In this document: positions 19,240 to 28,846 of the stretch, piece by piece | Numbering within the stretch: position 1 is the first letter of the stretch | How the letters are laid out: each line of letters starts with the position of its first letter | Program-made: the position numbers and the translations under genes | From: Nitrospirota bacterium | Lineage (GTDB): Bacteria > Nitrospirota > UBA9217 | Length of the DNA stretch: 64,000 nt | NCBI GenBank assembly: GCA_963790205.1 | Contig: CAWBNQ010000005.1 | Span: forward strand, 128,001-192,000 | Reading direction: 5' to 3' | The notes under the pieces: model-generated | What the model saw: the letters and a program-made list of their open reading frames with translations, nothing else | Database searches by the model: none | Told to the model about the DNA's origin: nothing

Positions 19240-20060
19240 CGAAGGCGCATTTGAGAGAAGTAGGTCTCGATATCAACGGCATCTCTGCACGTACCAACGG
19301 CGTTGATCAGCACGGCCTCGGCTTCAAGATAATGAAGCAAGATCGTCAGATCGAGTGCGTCACGTTTAACGAAAATCGCTCTGCCTCCCCTGTTGTCACC
19401 CATCTCTTTTAAATAGGGAAAACGGACATAGCCCGTTTTGATCGAGGCGGCATACCCGGCAGTATAGTCAGGATCGTCGGACCAGCACAGCTCCCCAATG
19501 ACGCCGGGCGCATGGACCACTTTTGTTGCAAGCGCCAACGCTTCTCGAATGCGAAAATGGGTGAGCCCTGACCCGGAAAACAAGCGGTCTGCCGCGACAC
19601 GCGCATCATCGGTCCAGTCAAACCTCGATGCGCGCACGCCGCGCTCCTGGTCCGGTTCGAGCCGCTCACCCGTCTCTGCGTCTACGATCATGGAGCCCCG
19701 CATATTTCCGCCCGAAGGAGCGGCGTTTCCGAGGATTCGGGCAATGGCGCTACCAACAGCTTTGTTCGAAACGCCCGCCCTGTGCAGCACCCGGGAAGCG
19801 TCAGATCTTCCCGTTTCCGGGTCCGCCGTATTTATCGTGACCACATCAAGGGCTGTCAGCGATCGCGGCGAAATGTTCCCAAGGTTTTCGATCTGGAGGG
19901 CGATCTGGTCCGGCGCCCGGTGTTTACTCATGGCGCGAGCAATGAGTCCATTCACGGTAACATTGATCGCATCGGAGGAGACGATACGTTCAGCGCCTGA
20001 GATATGCTTTTCACCGGCCGATGCCCGCATACGGACACTATAAAGGTCATCACGAGTCAT
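19236..20060 (-). CDS. bioW: 6-carboxyhexanoate (pimelate)-CoA ligase
   Basis: Motifs YSVRMRAS, HISGAERI, NMRG, RGVRAS, EALALATKV and ELCWSDDPDYTAGY. Confidence 0.92.
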   Translation of the reverse strand: MTRDDLYSVRMRASAGEKHISGAERIVSSDAINVTVNGLIARAMSKHRAPDQIALQIENLGNISPRSLTALDVVTINTADPETGRSDASRVLHRAGVSNKAVGSAIARILGNAAPSGGNMRGSMIVDAETGERLEPDQERGVRASRFDWTDDARVAADRLFSGSGLTHFRIREALALATKVVHAPGVIGELCWSDDPDYTAGYAASIKTGYVRFPYLKEMGDNRGGRAIFVKRDALDLTILLHYLEAEAVLINAVGTCRDAVDIETYFSQMRLR

Positions 20061-20063
20061 GGA

Positions 20064-21047
20064 TCAGATGCGAAGTCCGAGGTCGTGTATCATCTTGAGG
20101 TCGTCCTCGGGGTTCAGACCGGAGGTCGTAAGATAATTGCCGATCATAAAGCCGTTTGCGCCCGCGAAAAAAACAAGGGGATGGAGCTGCCCGAGCGCTG
20201 TCCCTCTGCCGGCGCAGACGCGAATTTCCTTCCCAGGCAGGATAAGCCTGAACAGGGCGATCGAGTGGAGCGCTTCGAGCGGGGTAATCGCCGTCACCTG
20301 TTCGAGCGGCGTACCCTTGATCGGCATAAGAAAATTGATCGGTACCGAGTCCACGTCCAGTTCGCGCAAAGTAAAGGCCATCTGGACCCGGTCTTCCATG
20401 TTCTCACCCAGGCCGAGGATGCCGCCGCTGCATACCGAGAGCCCGAGAGCGCGGGCCTGATGCAGGACTTCGAGCCGATCGTCGAAGGTATGGGTGGTAC
20501 AGATTCTGGGGAAGTAGTCCCTTGATGTCTCGATGTTATGGTGATAGCGATCGAGACCGGCGTCCTTCAAATAGGAAAGCTGCTCCCGGGTGAGCGTGCC
20601 GAGCGTCGCGCACGGGGCAAGTCCTATATCCCGGACCCGGTTGACGCCCTTCGCAATGTTTTTTAAATCATCGTGGGATTCGATGCCGCGGCCGCTCGTG
20701 ACGATGCAGAACCGCCGGGCGCCGTTTTTTTTGGCGCTTTCCGCCGCCTCGGACATCCGGTCAAGGGAAATCAGCGGGTACACGGGAGCGCCGGTGGCAT
20801 GATGGATGGACTGCGCGCAGTAGGAGCAGTCCTCACTGCACGCTCCGGACTTCGCGTTTACGATGGAACAGATATCCACGGTCGTGCCGCGGTAGTGTTG
20901 GCGGATTCCGGCGGCAGCGGCAAAAAGATCAACGAGGTCCGCACCCGGGGCAATGGAAAGTCTTCGTGCTTCACGATCGGTGATTGCACCGCCGTTGAAT
21001 ACCGTATCAACGGCCCGGGATAGCGTTTCTTTAAAGGTCGCTGTCAT
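20064..21047 (-). CDS. bioB: Biotin synthase
   Basis: Start re-called to ATG 21047. Motifs NAKSGACSEDCSYCAQS, YHHNIET, CSGGILG, VPINFL and GNYLTT. Confidence 0.93.
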   Translation of the reverse strand: MTATFKETLSRAVDTVFNGGAITDREARRLSIAPGADLVDLFAAAAGIRQHYRGTTVDICSIVNAKSGACSEDCSYCAQSIHHATGAPVYPLISLDRMSEAAESAKKNGARRFCIVTSGRGIESHDDLKNIAKGVNRVRDIGLAPCATLGTLTREQLSYLKDAGLDRYHHNIETSRDYFPRICTTHTFDDRLEVLHQARALGLSVCSGGILGLGENMEDRVQMAFTLRELDVDSVPINFLMPIKGTPLEQVTAITPLEALHSIALFRLILPGKEIRVCAGRGTALGQLHPLVFFAGANGFMIGNYLTTSGLNPEDDLKMIHDLGLRI

Positions 21048-21053
21048 GGCATG

Positions 21054-21108
21054 GTTGTACCTGATGACAGGTGAATTGTCAACTATTTTGTTGAGACAAG
21101 GTTTACAA
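21054..21108 (-). promoter_or_regulatory. BirA operator overlapping the bioB sigma70 promoter
   Basis: Minus strand TTGTAAACC-N15-AGTTGACAA (21108-21076). The right half-site supplies the -35 TTGACA; then 17 nt, -10 TACAAC, 6 nt and ATG. Confidence 0.85.
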
Positions 21109-21227
21109 TCAGTTTCCATTGTAACACAGTCTTCGGAAGACAAGGGATGCTGAGACATGGCGCCTTCCAGGGGCCATGTCAATACTTCCCCGGGAAGAAA
21201 TGGCGGGAAAAGGGGCAGACAAGACAA

Positions 21228-22346
21228 TCAATCGAATATCTTATCGCAGGAATCGGCAAACGCGGAGTTTACCGCATTCAGTTCGCTCTTGATTTTTCGG
21301 ATCTCGCGACACTGGCTTCTCAGATGCGAGTCGATGTTCTCGCGGGTCACATGAAAACCGAAATCAGGAGGCACGGCGACCTTCGGCGCTCCCAGCATGG
21401 TTTTCAGCATCATGTCGCCTACCAGAAGGCGGAAATGGGACGATTCATAGTAGTAATAGTTATTCGTCGTTATGGAATTCAAACCGCTGAAATCATAATA
21501 CTCGGTGATTGCGGCAAGCTTCTTTTTAAAAGACGCGAACTGGCTCAAATTGGTATCGAGGTAGGTGGTTTTATGAATCGGGTTGATGAAGACGGTGAGG
21601 TTGATGCCCTTCCTCTTCGCAAGATCGACGATCTCCTTCATTGCCGCAAGGGCATTCGCGCTATTGTCTCCCACGCGATGGAACGGCTCTAAAAATCTCT
21701 TATCGTGAATATGCGCCTGCACATCGCGCTCGATCTCCTTATCAACGGCGGGAATGAGAATCCTTCCGGTGCCGTACATGTCAAAAAAGATGCGGTGTTC
21801 CTCCGGACTATTGCGTTTCGTGTAATTATGCCTGATATAATCCTCGAGTTCCGGAATGAATTTATCGAGTCTGAAAAAATATTCACCGTAAAAATTCAGG
21901 AGCTTCTTGCCGGAAACACCCGGATAAGGCTGGACCAGGAGGCTGGAGAGGTGCTGCTTGGGGTCGATGACGCCGGAAAATTCGTCAAGGCCTATCATGA
22001 GGTTCTTCATCGACACGCCGTTCTTCAACAGGAACCTGATGTTCGCGAGATGTTCTTCCGGTACGCCTTCCGCGTAGAACATATTGTAATAGCGGCCGTT
22101 GGTTATCTTTTCTTCATTTATGTAAGAGACCCGTGACGACCCGAAAATAAACGAGTCGAATTTATTTTTATTCTCAAGCAGGTATTTGATTTTAACGTAG
22201 TTCATGTTTGGCGGCATGACCTGGCGGGAAAAATTCGTCCGGAATATGCCGTAGGTATCCACAACGACGTTGACCGACACTACCGCGCCCACGATGATTA
22301 CAATCGACAGAAAAACCGATATTGTCCATTTCTTAGGGATGCTCAT
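21228..22346 (-). CDS. Membrane-anchored SGNH-like protein, probable MBOAT partner acyltransferase
   Basis: N-terminal TM helix, FIFGSSRV (block I-like) and YESSH (block V-like). Directly downstream of the MBOAT gene. Confidence 0.6.
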   Translation of the reverse strand: MSIPKKWTISVFLSIVIIVGAVVSVNVVVDTYGIFRTNFSRQVMPPNMNYVKIKYLLENKNKFDSFIFGSSRVSYINEEKITNGRYYNMFYAEGVPEEHLANIRFLLKNGVSMKNLMIGLDEFSGVIDPKQHLSSLLVQPYPGVSGKKLLNFYGEYFFRLDKFIPELEDYIRHNYTKRNSPEEHRIFFDMYGTGRILIPAVDKEIERDVQAHIHDKRFLEPFHRVGDNSANALAAMKEIVDLAKRKGINLTVFINPIHKTTYLDTNLSQFASFKKKLAAITEYYDFSGLNSITTNNYYYYESSHFRLLVGDMMLKTMLGAPKVAVPPDFGFHVTRENIDSHLRSQCREIRKIKSELNAVNSAFADSCDKIFD

Positions 22347-22431
22347 GTGTTCCTCGTAAAAGCCTCCCGGGCAGCTTGGAAAAAAGTACTGCGCAACAAG
22401 GCTTTTCCCTTATAATATAAACAGTCGCTCG

Positions 22432-23874
22432 CTAGAAGTTAAAGTAGAGAAACTCCGTCACGCGATTCATGCCGAGCAGCGTGTAGACCGCCAGGAATAC
22501 GACGAATGCCGCGCTCTTCCAGTCCGGCTTGAACGTCTGTGACATTTCGTTCGAGTTCCTCGCGAAAACCGCGATCGCCGAAACCAGCGCGAGTATAATA
22601 AAAATGTTCTTATGAATATTCGCGTGTACCATGGAGCCGAAGGTGACGCCGAAGTTCCACAAGAGAGGTGAAAGCGAGACGCCGTTCAGTCCGCACATCC
22701 CCTTTAACACCCGCAGCGCGTCCCCCCACGTTTTCGCGCGGAAAAAGACCCATGCAACATTCACAAAGTTGATCGTAATAAACCAGGCGAAAAAGCGGGG
22801 CAAACGCATCCCCCATTTGTCCCAGAAACGGTGAACCACGGTCGCGGCGCCGTGAAGGAACCCCCAGAAGACGAACGTCCATCCCGCGCCGTGCCAAAGT
22901 CCTCCGACGAGAAAGGTCGCCATCAGGTTCACATAGGTCCTGAAGCTCCCCTTTCTGTTTCCGCCGAGAGGGATATAGATGTAATCCCGCAAAAAACGGC
23001 TGAGCGTCATGTGCCAGCGCCGCCAGAAATCCGTGATGTCCGCCGCCTTATAGGGGGAATTAAAATTGAACGGAAGCCGTATATTGAACAACAGTGAAGC
23101 GGCCAGGGCCATGTCGGTATAGGCGGAAAAATCGAAATAGAGCTGTAAGGTATAGGACAGGCTCGTGACCCATGCGTCCGCCAGGCTCAGGTTCGCTGAC
23201 GCGCCGAAGCCGGCATTCGCCACCCGCGAAAGCGAATCGGCGATAATTGCTTTTTTGAACAGCCCGATAAAGAAAAGGAACAAGGCAACCGACCAGTTCC
23301 TGTAATTCGTCACCTTGTTTCGCATGCTGGCGAACTGAGGCATCATTTCCTTGTGGTGGATGATCGGACCTGCCAGCAAATGGGGGAAAAAAGTGACGAA
23401 AAGCGCATAATTGAGAAAATCGTATTCCTTCGCGGTGCCGGCATACGTATCGACGAGGTAGGCAATCTGGGTGAACGTAAAAAAGCTGATTCCCAGCGGC
23501 AGGATGATTTTCTGAAACGCAAGATGAAGCCCGGTGAGCGAATTGATATTGCCGATGAAAAAATCGACATACTTGTAATAGCCCAGCAAAAGGACGTTCA
23601 CGACGATGCCGGCGAGCAGGACTGTTTTTTTCGTTCGTTCTTCCCCGCCGGACCTCGTGATTTTCGTGAGGGCGGTTCCGACGCCGAAATTGAAAAGAAT
23701 GCTGCCGATGATGAGCGCCAGATACCTGACGTCCCACCAGCTGTAGAAAAAAAGGGAGGCAAATACCAGCCAGACGGTAGCGGCCGTTGTGAGCCGCTGT
23801 TTGTTCAAGAAAACGTAAATGACCAGTGTCGCCGGCAAAAAGGCAAAAATAAATTCAAATGAATTAAAAAGCAC
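22432..23874 (-). CDS. MBOAT O-acyltransferase (AlgI/PatA-like)
   Basis: Motifs MLFNSFEF, LPLGISFFTF, FWRRWHMTLS and GLWHGA; C-terminal FLYFNF. Confidence 0.92.
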   Translation of the reverse strand: MLFNSFEFIFAFLPATLVIYVFLNKQRLTTAATVWLVFASLFFYSWWDVRYLALIIGSILFNFGVGTALTKITRSGGEERTKKTVLLAGIVVNVLLLGYYKYVDFFIGNINSLTGLHLAFQKIILPLGISFFTFTQIAYLVDTYAGTAKEYDFLNYALFVTFFPHLLAGPIIHHKEMMPQFASMRNKVTNYRNWSVALFLFFIGLFKKAIIADSLSRVANAGFGASANLSLADAWVTSLSYTLQLYFDFSAYTDMALAASLLFNIRLPFNFNSPYKAADITDFWRRWHMTLSRFLRDYIYIPLGGNRKGSFRTYVNLMATFLVGGLWHGAGWTFVFWGFLHGAATVVHRFWDKWGMRLPRFFAWFITINFVNVAWVFFRAKTWGDALRVLKGMCGLNGVSLSPLLWNFGVTFGSMVHANIHKNIFIILALVSAIAVFARNSNEMSQTFKPDWKSAAFVVFLAVYTLLGMNRVTEFLYFNF

Positions 23875-25343
23875 TACAACCCTCGTTTATCGTTCTTCGA
23901 CTTCTCCTGCTGTTTATGCCCGCCGCCATTTATCTCCGCGATAATGGCCCGTACCTGCTCTTCCATGAACTGTCGGATGGTCGCGAGCGTGACCTCATTC
24001 TTTGCCTCGAAGCGCATGACGAGGACCGGCTGGGTATTCGATGCGCGGATGAGACCCCAACCGTCGTTGAATACCGCCCTCACGCCGTCAACCGTAATGA
24101 CCTCCTTCGGCGGCAGGGGCAGATCGTCCCGCAAAAAAAGCTCTCGCGCCTTCTCCACGACCCTGAATTTTATGGCATCCGCGCAATCGAACCGGATTTC
24201 GGGGGTATTGCAGGTTTTGGGCAGATCCGCGAGCAGCGTGCTGAGGGGCACGGCGGCCCCGCGTTCGGTCCTCGTTTTTCCGAGGATCTCAACTATTCTG
24301 CAGGCCGCGTAGACGGCGTCGTCGTAGCCAAGATATCGGTCGGCGAAAAAAAGATGTCCGCTCATCTCCCCTGCCATCGCGGCGTGGACCTCTTTCATCT
24401 TGGCCTTGATCAGGGAATGGCCGGTTTTCCACATGACGGCGTTCCCTCCACGGCTGCGGATGTCGTCGTACATGGTCTGCGAGCACTTGACCTCTGACAC
24501 GAAGGTCGCCCCCGGCCGTTCACGAAGAATGTCCCGGGAAAAAATGACCATGAGTTGGTCTCCCCAGAGGATATTTCCCCGTTCATCAACAACGCCGATC
24601 CGGTCCGAGTCCCCGTCGAACGAGATGCCGATATCGGCCCTCGTTTTTGCGACCGTTTCGATCAAAGCCTCCAGATTTTTCGGGATGGTCGGGTCCGGAT
24701 GATGGTTCGGGAACCTTCCGTCAGGCTCGGAAAAAAGCTCGATGACCTCGCACCCCATGCCCCGTATGAGCTCGGGCGCGGCCAGGCCCGCGGTCCCGTT
24801 TCCCGAGTCGAGAACGACCTTCAGAGGCGCGTGAGATACGACGCTGAATTGCTTTTTTAGATACTCGATGTAGTCCGGAAGGATGGAACGGTTTACGACC
24901 GTCCCCCTTCCCGCGCCTGAGGGCCTGTCAGGGGCTCCATCTGATTTTTCCATGATCTTTCGAAGGTTCTGAATTTCCTCGCCGTAGATCGTATCCTTGC
25001 CGACACAGAGCTTAAAGCCGTTGAACTCGGCGGGATTGTGGCTCCCCGTGATCATCACCCCGGCGCCCGGATTCAGATGAAAGAGCGAGAAGTAGAGCAC
25101 CGGCGTGGGACAGAGGCCGATGACCGTACTATTCATGCCGGCGGAGGAAAGTCCCCGCACGATATCGTCGCACAGGCGCGGCGAACTCATCCGCGCATCG
25201 TAGCCTACCGCGACCGTGTTAATGCCTTTTGGTTTTACATAGGCGGCGAACGCACGGCCCAAGGCTTCGATGACCGGAGAGGTAAGGTCGCGGTCAGCTA
25301 TGCCGCGGATGTCATATTCTCTGAATATCTCAGCGTTTATCAT
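23874..25343 (-). CDS. algC: Phosphomannomutase/phosphoglucomutase
   Basis: Motifs FREYDIRG, ITGSHNP, FDGDSDR, GEMSGH and RASNTQP. Confidence 0.9.
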   Translation of the reverse strand: MINAEIFREYDIRGIADRDLTSPVIEALGRAFAAYVKPKGINTVAVGYDARMSSPRLCDDIVRGLSSAGMNSTVIGLCPTPVLYFSLFHLNPGAGVMITGSHNPAEFNGFKLCVGKDTIYGEEIQNLRKIMEKSDGAPDRPSGAGRGTVVNRSILPDYIEYLKKQFSVVSHAPLKVVLDSGNGTAGLAAPELIRGMGCEVIELFSEPDGRFPNHHPDPTIPKNLEALIETVAKTRADIGISFDGDSDRIGVVDERGNILWGDQLMVIFSRDILRERPGATFVSEVKCSQTMYDDIRSRGGNAVMWKTGHSLIKAKMKEVHAAMAGEMSGHLFFADRYLGYDDAVYAACRIVEILGKTRTERGAAVPLSTLLADLPKTCNTPEIRFDCADAIKFRVVEKARELFLRDDLPLPPKEVITVDGVRAVFNDGWGLIRASNTQPVLVMRFEAKNEVTLATIRQFMEEQVRAIIAEINGGGHKQQEKSKNDKRGL

Positions 25344-26809
25344 ACTGTTTTCTTTGTAAGCGGGGGCAAGGGCTTCCGTTTGTCTTTTTCGTGCCTGTTA
25401 TAATCATCATCAAAGCGCACGATATCGTCCTCTTCGAGATACTCTCCATTCTGGACCTCGATGATCTGGAGCGGGATCCTGCCCCGGTTCTCGAGCCGGT
25501 GTTTCGTGGACATGGGGATGTAGGTGCTCTCGTTCGGATGCACATCGTATTCCTTGTCGCCGTTCGACACCCTTGCCGTGCCGGCCACAACAACCCAGTG
25601 TTCGCTCCGGTGATAGTGCAGCTGGTGGGACAGCTTTGCTCCCGGATTGATCTCGAGGCGCTTGATCTTGTAGCGGTCGCCGTCCTCAAGGATGGTATAG
25701 GACCCCCAGGGCCGATAGACGGTGCGGTGGGTCAGATGCTCTTCGGCCTTGCGTTTCTTAAGCTCGTCGACCACCTTTTTGACGTCCTGCGCCCTGTCCT
25801 TGCTGCAAACGAGCGTAGCGTCCGGGGTATCGACAACCACCGCGTCTTTGAGGCCGATGGTCGCCACCAGGCGCTTCTCCGCATAAACGATGGAATCCCG
25901 GCTGCCGATATCGATGACGTTTCCGATGATGACGTTGCCCGACGCATCCCTTTCGGAGACGTCGTCGAGCGCGGTCCAGCTTCCGACGTCCGACCATCCG
26001 ATGTCGGCCGGGATGACCGCCGCCCGGTCGGTCTTTTCCATCACCGCGTAATCGATGGAGATCGGGTCGAACTGTTTAAATACCGCCTTGATGACATCGG
26101 CCTCTTTGTCGGTGCCGATGCTCTTCCGGATCTCGCCGAGGCCTTTGTGCAGGGACGGCTGGTATTTTTTTATCTCGGCGAGGAGCGTTCCGGTCTTCCA
26201 GATGAAGATCCCGCTGTTCCAGTAATAATTCCCCTTCTTCAGGTACTCTTTCGCAGTGTCAATATCCGGTTTTTCAACAAATGCTTCGACTTTGTTTACG
26301 CCGTCGATGCCGGCCTCGGGACATTGTTCGCCGGACTTGATATACCCGTAACCCGTTTCAGGACGAGAGGGCTTGATCCCGAGCGTGACGAGATAGCCGT
26401 GACGGGCCGCTTCAACGGCCTTGCGGATCAGATTCAAAAATTCGTCGGTGTTCCGGATAAAATGGTCCGCGGCCAGCACCACCATGACGCTTTCGGGGTC
26501 AACTCGCTCCAGATGGAGCGCGGCCAGGCCCAGGGCCGGCGCCGTGTTTTTGGCCTCCGGTTCCAGAATAAAGTTATCGTCCCAGGAATTGCCGAACTTG
26601 GACGAGAGCTGGTAGTTGATCGATTCAGCGAGCGCCTGGTTGGTGACGATAAAAATGTCCCTGGTCCGCACGAGGGGCAGCACGCGGCCGACCGTCTCCC
26701 GTATGAGAGTGTCTTCACCGCCGATCTTCAGGAGCTGCTTCGGCATTTTTTCCCGGGACAGGGGCCAGAAACGCGTACCCGACCCGCCTGCCATGATGAC
26801 TGCGTACAT
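25340..26809 (-). CDS. manC: Mannose-1-phosphate guanylyltransferase / mannose-6-phosphate isomerase
   Basis: Motifs MAGGSGTRFWPLSR, FVEKP, WNSG and SIDYAVMEK; C-terminal cupin RPWG...HRSEHW. Confidence 0.93.
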   Translation of the reverse strand: MYAVIMAGGSGTRFWPLSREKMPKQLLKIGGEDTLIRETVGRVLPLVRTRDIFIVTNQALAESINYQLSSKFGNSWDDNFILEPEAKNTAPALGLAALHLERVDPESVMVVLAADHFIRNTDEFLNLIRKAVEAARHGYLVTLGIKPSRPETGYGYIKSGEQCPEAGIDGVNKVEAFVEKPDIDTAKEYLKKGNYYWNSGIFIWKTGTLLAEIKKYQPSLHKGLGEIRKSIGTDKEADVIKAVFKQFDPISIDYAVMEKTDRAAVIPADIGWSDVGSWTALDDVSERDASGNVIIGNVIDIGSRDSIVYAEKRLVATIGLKDAVVVDTPDATLVCSKDRAQDVKKVVDELKKRKAEEHLTHRTVYRPWGSYTILEDGDRYKIKRLEINPGAKLSHQLHYHRSEHWVVVAGTARVSNGDKEYDVHPNESTYIPMSTKHRLENRGRIPLQIIEVQNGEYLEEDDIVRFDDDYNRHEKDKRKPLPPLTKKTV

Positions 26810-26851
26810 AAGTATGTCCTCCGGACAAGTTATTTGTTCACGAGCTCCGCA

Positions 26852-27976
26852 TCACGGATGCAGCAACCGGCCGGCTGCCGCGAAAACCTCTTCCACGGTA
26901 ATAGCAGTCATGCACGTGGGGTCTTCACAGCTGCTTTCGAATCCAAGGCTGAGACACGGCGAGCAGCTCGTGCCGCCGTACAGGTGTATCGCATTGTGAT
27001 TTAAAGGCCCCCATCGTTTCGGAGATGTCGGGCCGTGTAAAGCGATCAAATTACAGCCTAATGCCGAAGCCAGATGCATGATACCCGTATCGACGCTGAT
27101 CGTCAGTTGAGAAGAGGACAACAGCTCCGCGACCTTCCGCAAGGTCAGCGACCCGGCGACAACGGAGACCCGGCCGGGATCAGGCACCCGGGCTTTTATG
27201 GCTTCTGCCCTCTCCCTGTCGGAAGCGGCGCCGGTGAGAAAAACAGTATATCCTTTATCAGCGAACAGGGCGATCAATTCGACCCACCGGGACTCTTCCC
27301 ATTCCTTCAAATACGACCGCGAACCGCCGGGAAACAGGTGAATGACGATTTGTTTCTTCTGTATCGTGCCTGCCTCGATGTTCAGGGCCGGTAAACCCGC
27401 GGCATCGGATATCCCGATCCCCTTCAGCAACGCCCGGTAATTATCAATTTCATGCTTTAAAGGAGAGTGTTGTATCGTCACATCGTACAAATAATGGCGA
27501 TACTGTTTCTCCGTCTGGAACCCGACGGTGGTCCTTGATCTGGAAAAGTATGATAAGACCGCATTGAACCTCGGCCAGGGCCCGAAATCGATCCAGACGT
27601 CGAAGGTCCCCGAGCGTCTGATCAGTTTGAGGGCCTTCAGCGGGCTCTTTATCGGGAGTTTAATGATCCTATCGATCCCCGGAATGAGGCCGGCAGCTTC
27701 ATAATTGGATGAACCGGTAAAGAAGGTTATACGGGCATGAGGATACCTTTTTTTAAAGTCCCTCACAATCGCCGACGATAGGACGGTATCGCCGATGGCG
27801 GCTGTTTGTAAAAAAGCCGCCCTCCTCACGTCGCGATCAAGAAGCTGTCCCCGTTTGCGCCTGAGCAGGCCCAGGCCGAACGTCAGGGGAATCCCGACAG
27901 CGCGATCGACAAATCTCAGCGCGCGATTTCCCCGTTCCGGATGGCGTTCGCCGGTTTTACTCTTAGTTGCCGACAT
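26852..27976 (-). CDS. Glycosyltransferase family 9 (heptosyltransferase-like)
   Basis: Motifs AIGDTVL, DTGIMHLA, HGPT and CSPC. Start re-called to ATG 27976. Confidence 0.85.
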   Translation of the reverse strand: MSATKSKTGERHPERGNRALRFVDRAVGIPLTFGLGLLRRKRGQLLDRDVRRAAFLQTAAIGDTVLSSAIVRDFKKRYPHARITFFTGSSNYEAAGLIPGIDRIIKLPIKSPLKALKLIRRSGTFDVWIDFGPWPRFNAVLSYFSRSRTTVGFQTEKQYRHYLYDVTIQHSPLKHEIDNYRALLKGIGISDAAGLPALNIEAGTIQKKQIVIHLFPGGSRSYLKEWEESRWVELIALFADKGYTVFLTGAASDRERAEAIKARVPDPGRVSVVAGSLTLRKVAELLSSSQLTISVDTGIMHLASALGCNLIALHGPTSPKRWGPLNHNAIHLYGGTSCSPCLSLGFESSCEDPTCMTAITVEEVFAAAGRLLHP

Positions 27977-28763
27977 AAAAATTCGTTTCGAGCTTTTCCT
28001 TTGCCGGGAACTCCAAAAACTCGTTCTTATATGCCCGTTGTTTTTCGAACATGAAAAATATTCCCCATGCCATGTTCGGAAACAGTCTGGCCAGCGGTCT
28101 GGCAACGACCGGAGGAAAGGGATAAAAATTGCTGCCGCCGAATTCCTTGAGCTTATACCCTCCGGGAAAACAGCTTTCCAGAAAATTTACGAGGTCCCTC
28201 TTCGTATATCCGCGGATGTGAGCTGAATTGTTTTTCAGCGGACTGGGCTGCCTGCCGAAGGCCAGTAATATCCTGTTGTGGAGTGAGGCCAGATTGGGGA
28301 CGCCGAGGATCACTTTCCCGCCGAGCGGCAATACTCTCGAAATTTCATGGAAGATCCAGAAGAGCTCCTTGACATGCTCGAGGATCTGGTTGGCAATGAC
28401 GACATCGACGGACCCGTCCTGAAAAGGAAGCCGGTCTTTTTCTATATTCAGGCTGTGCACGCGGATCCCCTTTTCAGCCAGTTTTGCCGCATAGGCCGGA
28501 TATACTTCAACGGCATGCACATCGGCCCCGCTATTGATGCTCAGGGCCAGCATGAGGTCGTCGCCCTGCCCGGCCCCCATATCTATTACCGTCCCATAGT
28601 GACCGGCGGACAACAAGAATCGCCTGATCTGATGTCTCCCGTAGTTGAGCGACCGGTCGATTACGGTCCATTTTTTTTCCTCCGCCCCTCCGGCTTCCGT
28701 CCCGGTCAGCGGCAAAGCTCCTTTTTCTTTTCCAGCAACGAGCATAAGAGGACGTCCCTTCAA
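27963..28763 (-). CDS. Class I SAM-dependent methyltransferase
   Basis: Motifs IDMGAGQG, DVVIANQILEH and GVPN. Confidence 0.8.
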   Translation of the reverse strand: MKGRPLMLVAGKEKGALPLTGTEAGGAEEKKWTVIDRSLNYGRHQIRRFLLSAGHYGTVIDMGAGQGDDLMLALSINSGADVHAVEVYPAYAAKLAEKGIRVHSLNIEKDRLPFQDGSVDVVIANQILEHVKELFWIFHEISRVLPLGGKVILGVPNLASLHNRILLAFGRQPSPLKNNSAHIRGYTKRDLVNFLESCFPGGYKLKEFGGSNFYPFPPVVARPLARLFPNMAWGIFFMFEKQRAYKNEFLEFPAKEKLETNFYVGN

Positions 28764-28846
28764 TCTCTAACGGGGTAAAGGCCGGACCATTATATCTCTC
28801 GCGGACCCCGGGTTCAACATAAAAAGTTCGGTCCGGAACGTATTTC

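Noticed and set aside
21048..21227. 60-aa N-terminal extension of BioB (also the extensions on miaB, XapA-like, GT9, GT4s and rplU)
   Set aside because: The extensions run through operators or promoters or overlap upstream genes. Downstream starts fit the expected domain boundaries and overlap patterns.
25391..27004. 537-aa plus-strand ORF and similar long antisense ORFs (13125-14015, 51328-52317, 57153-58070, 58678-59784)
   Set aside because: They lie opposite well-supported genes, as expected from GC-rich codon bias, and have no motifs.
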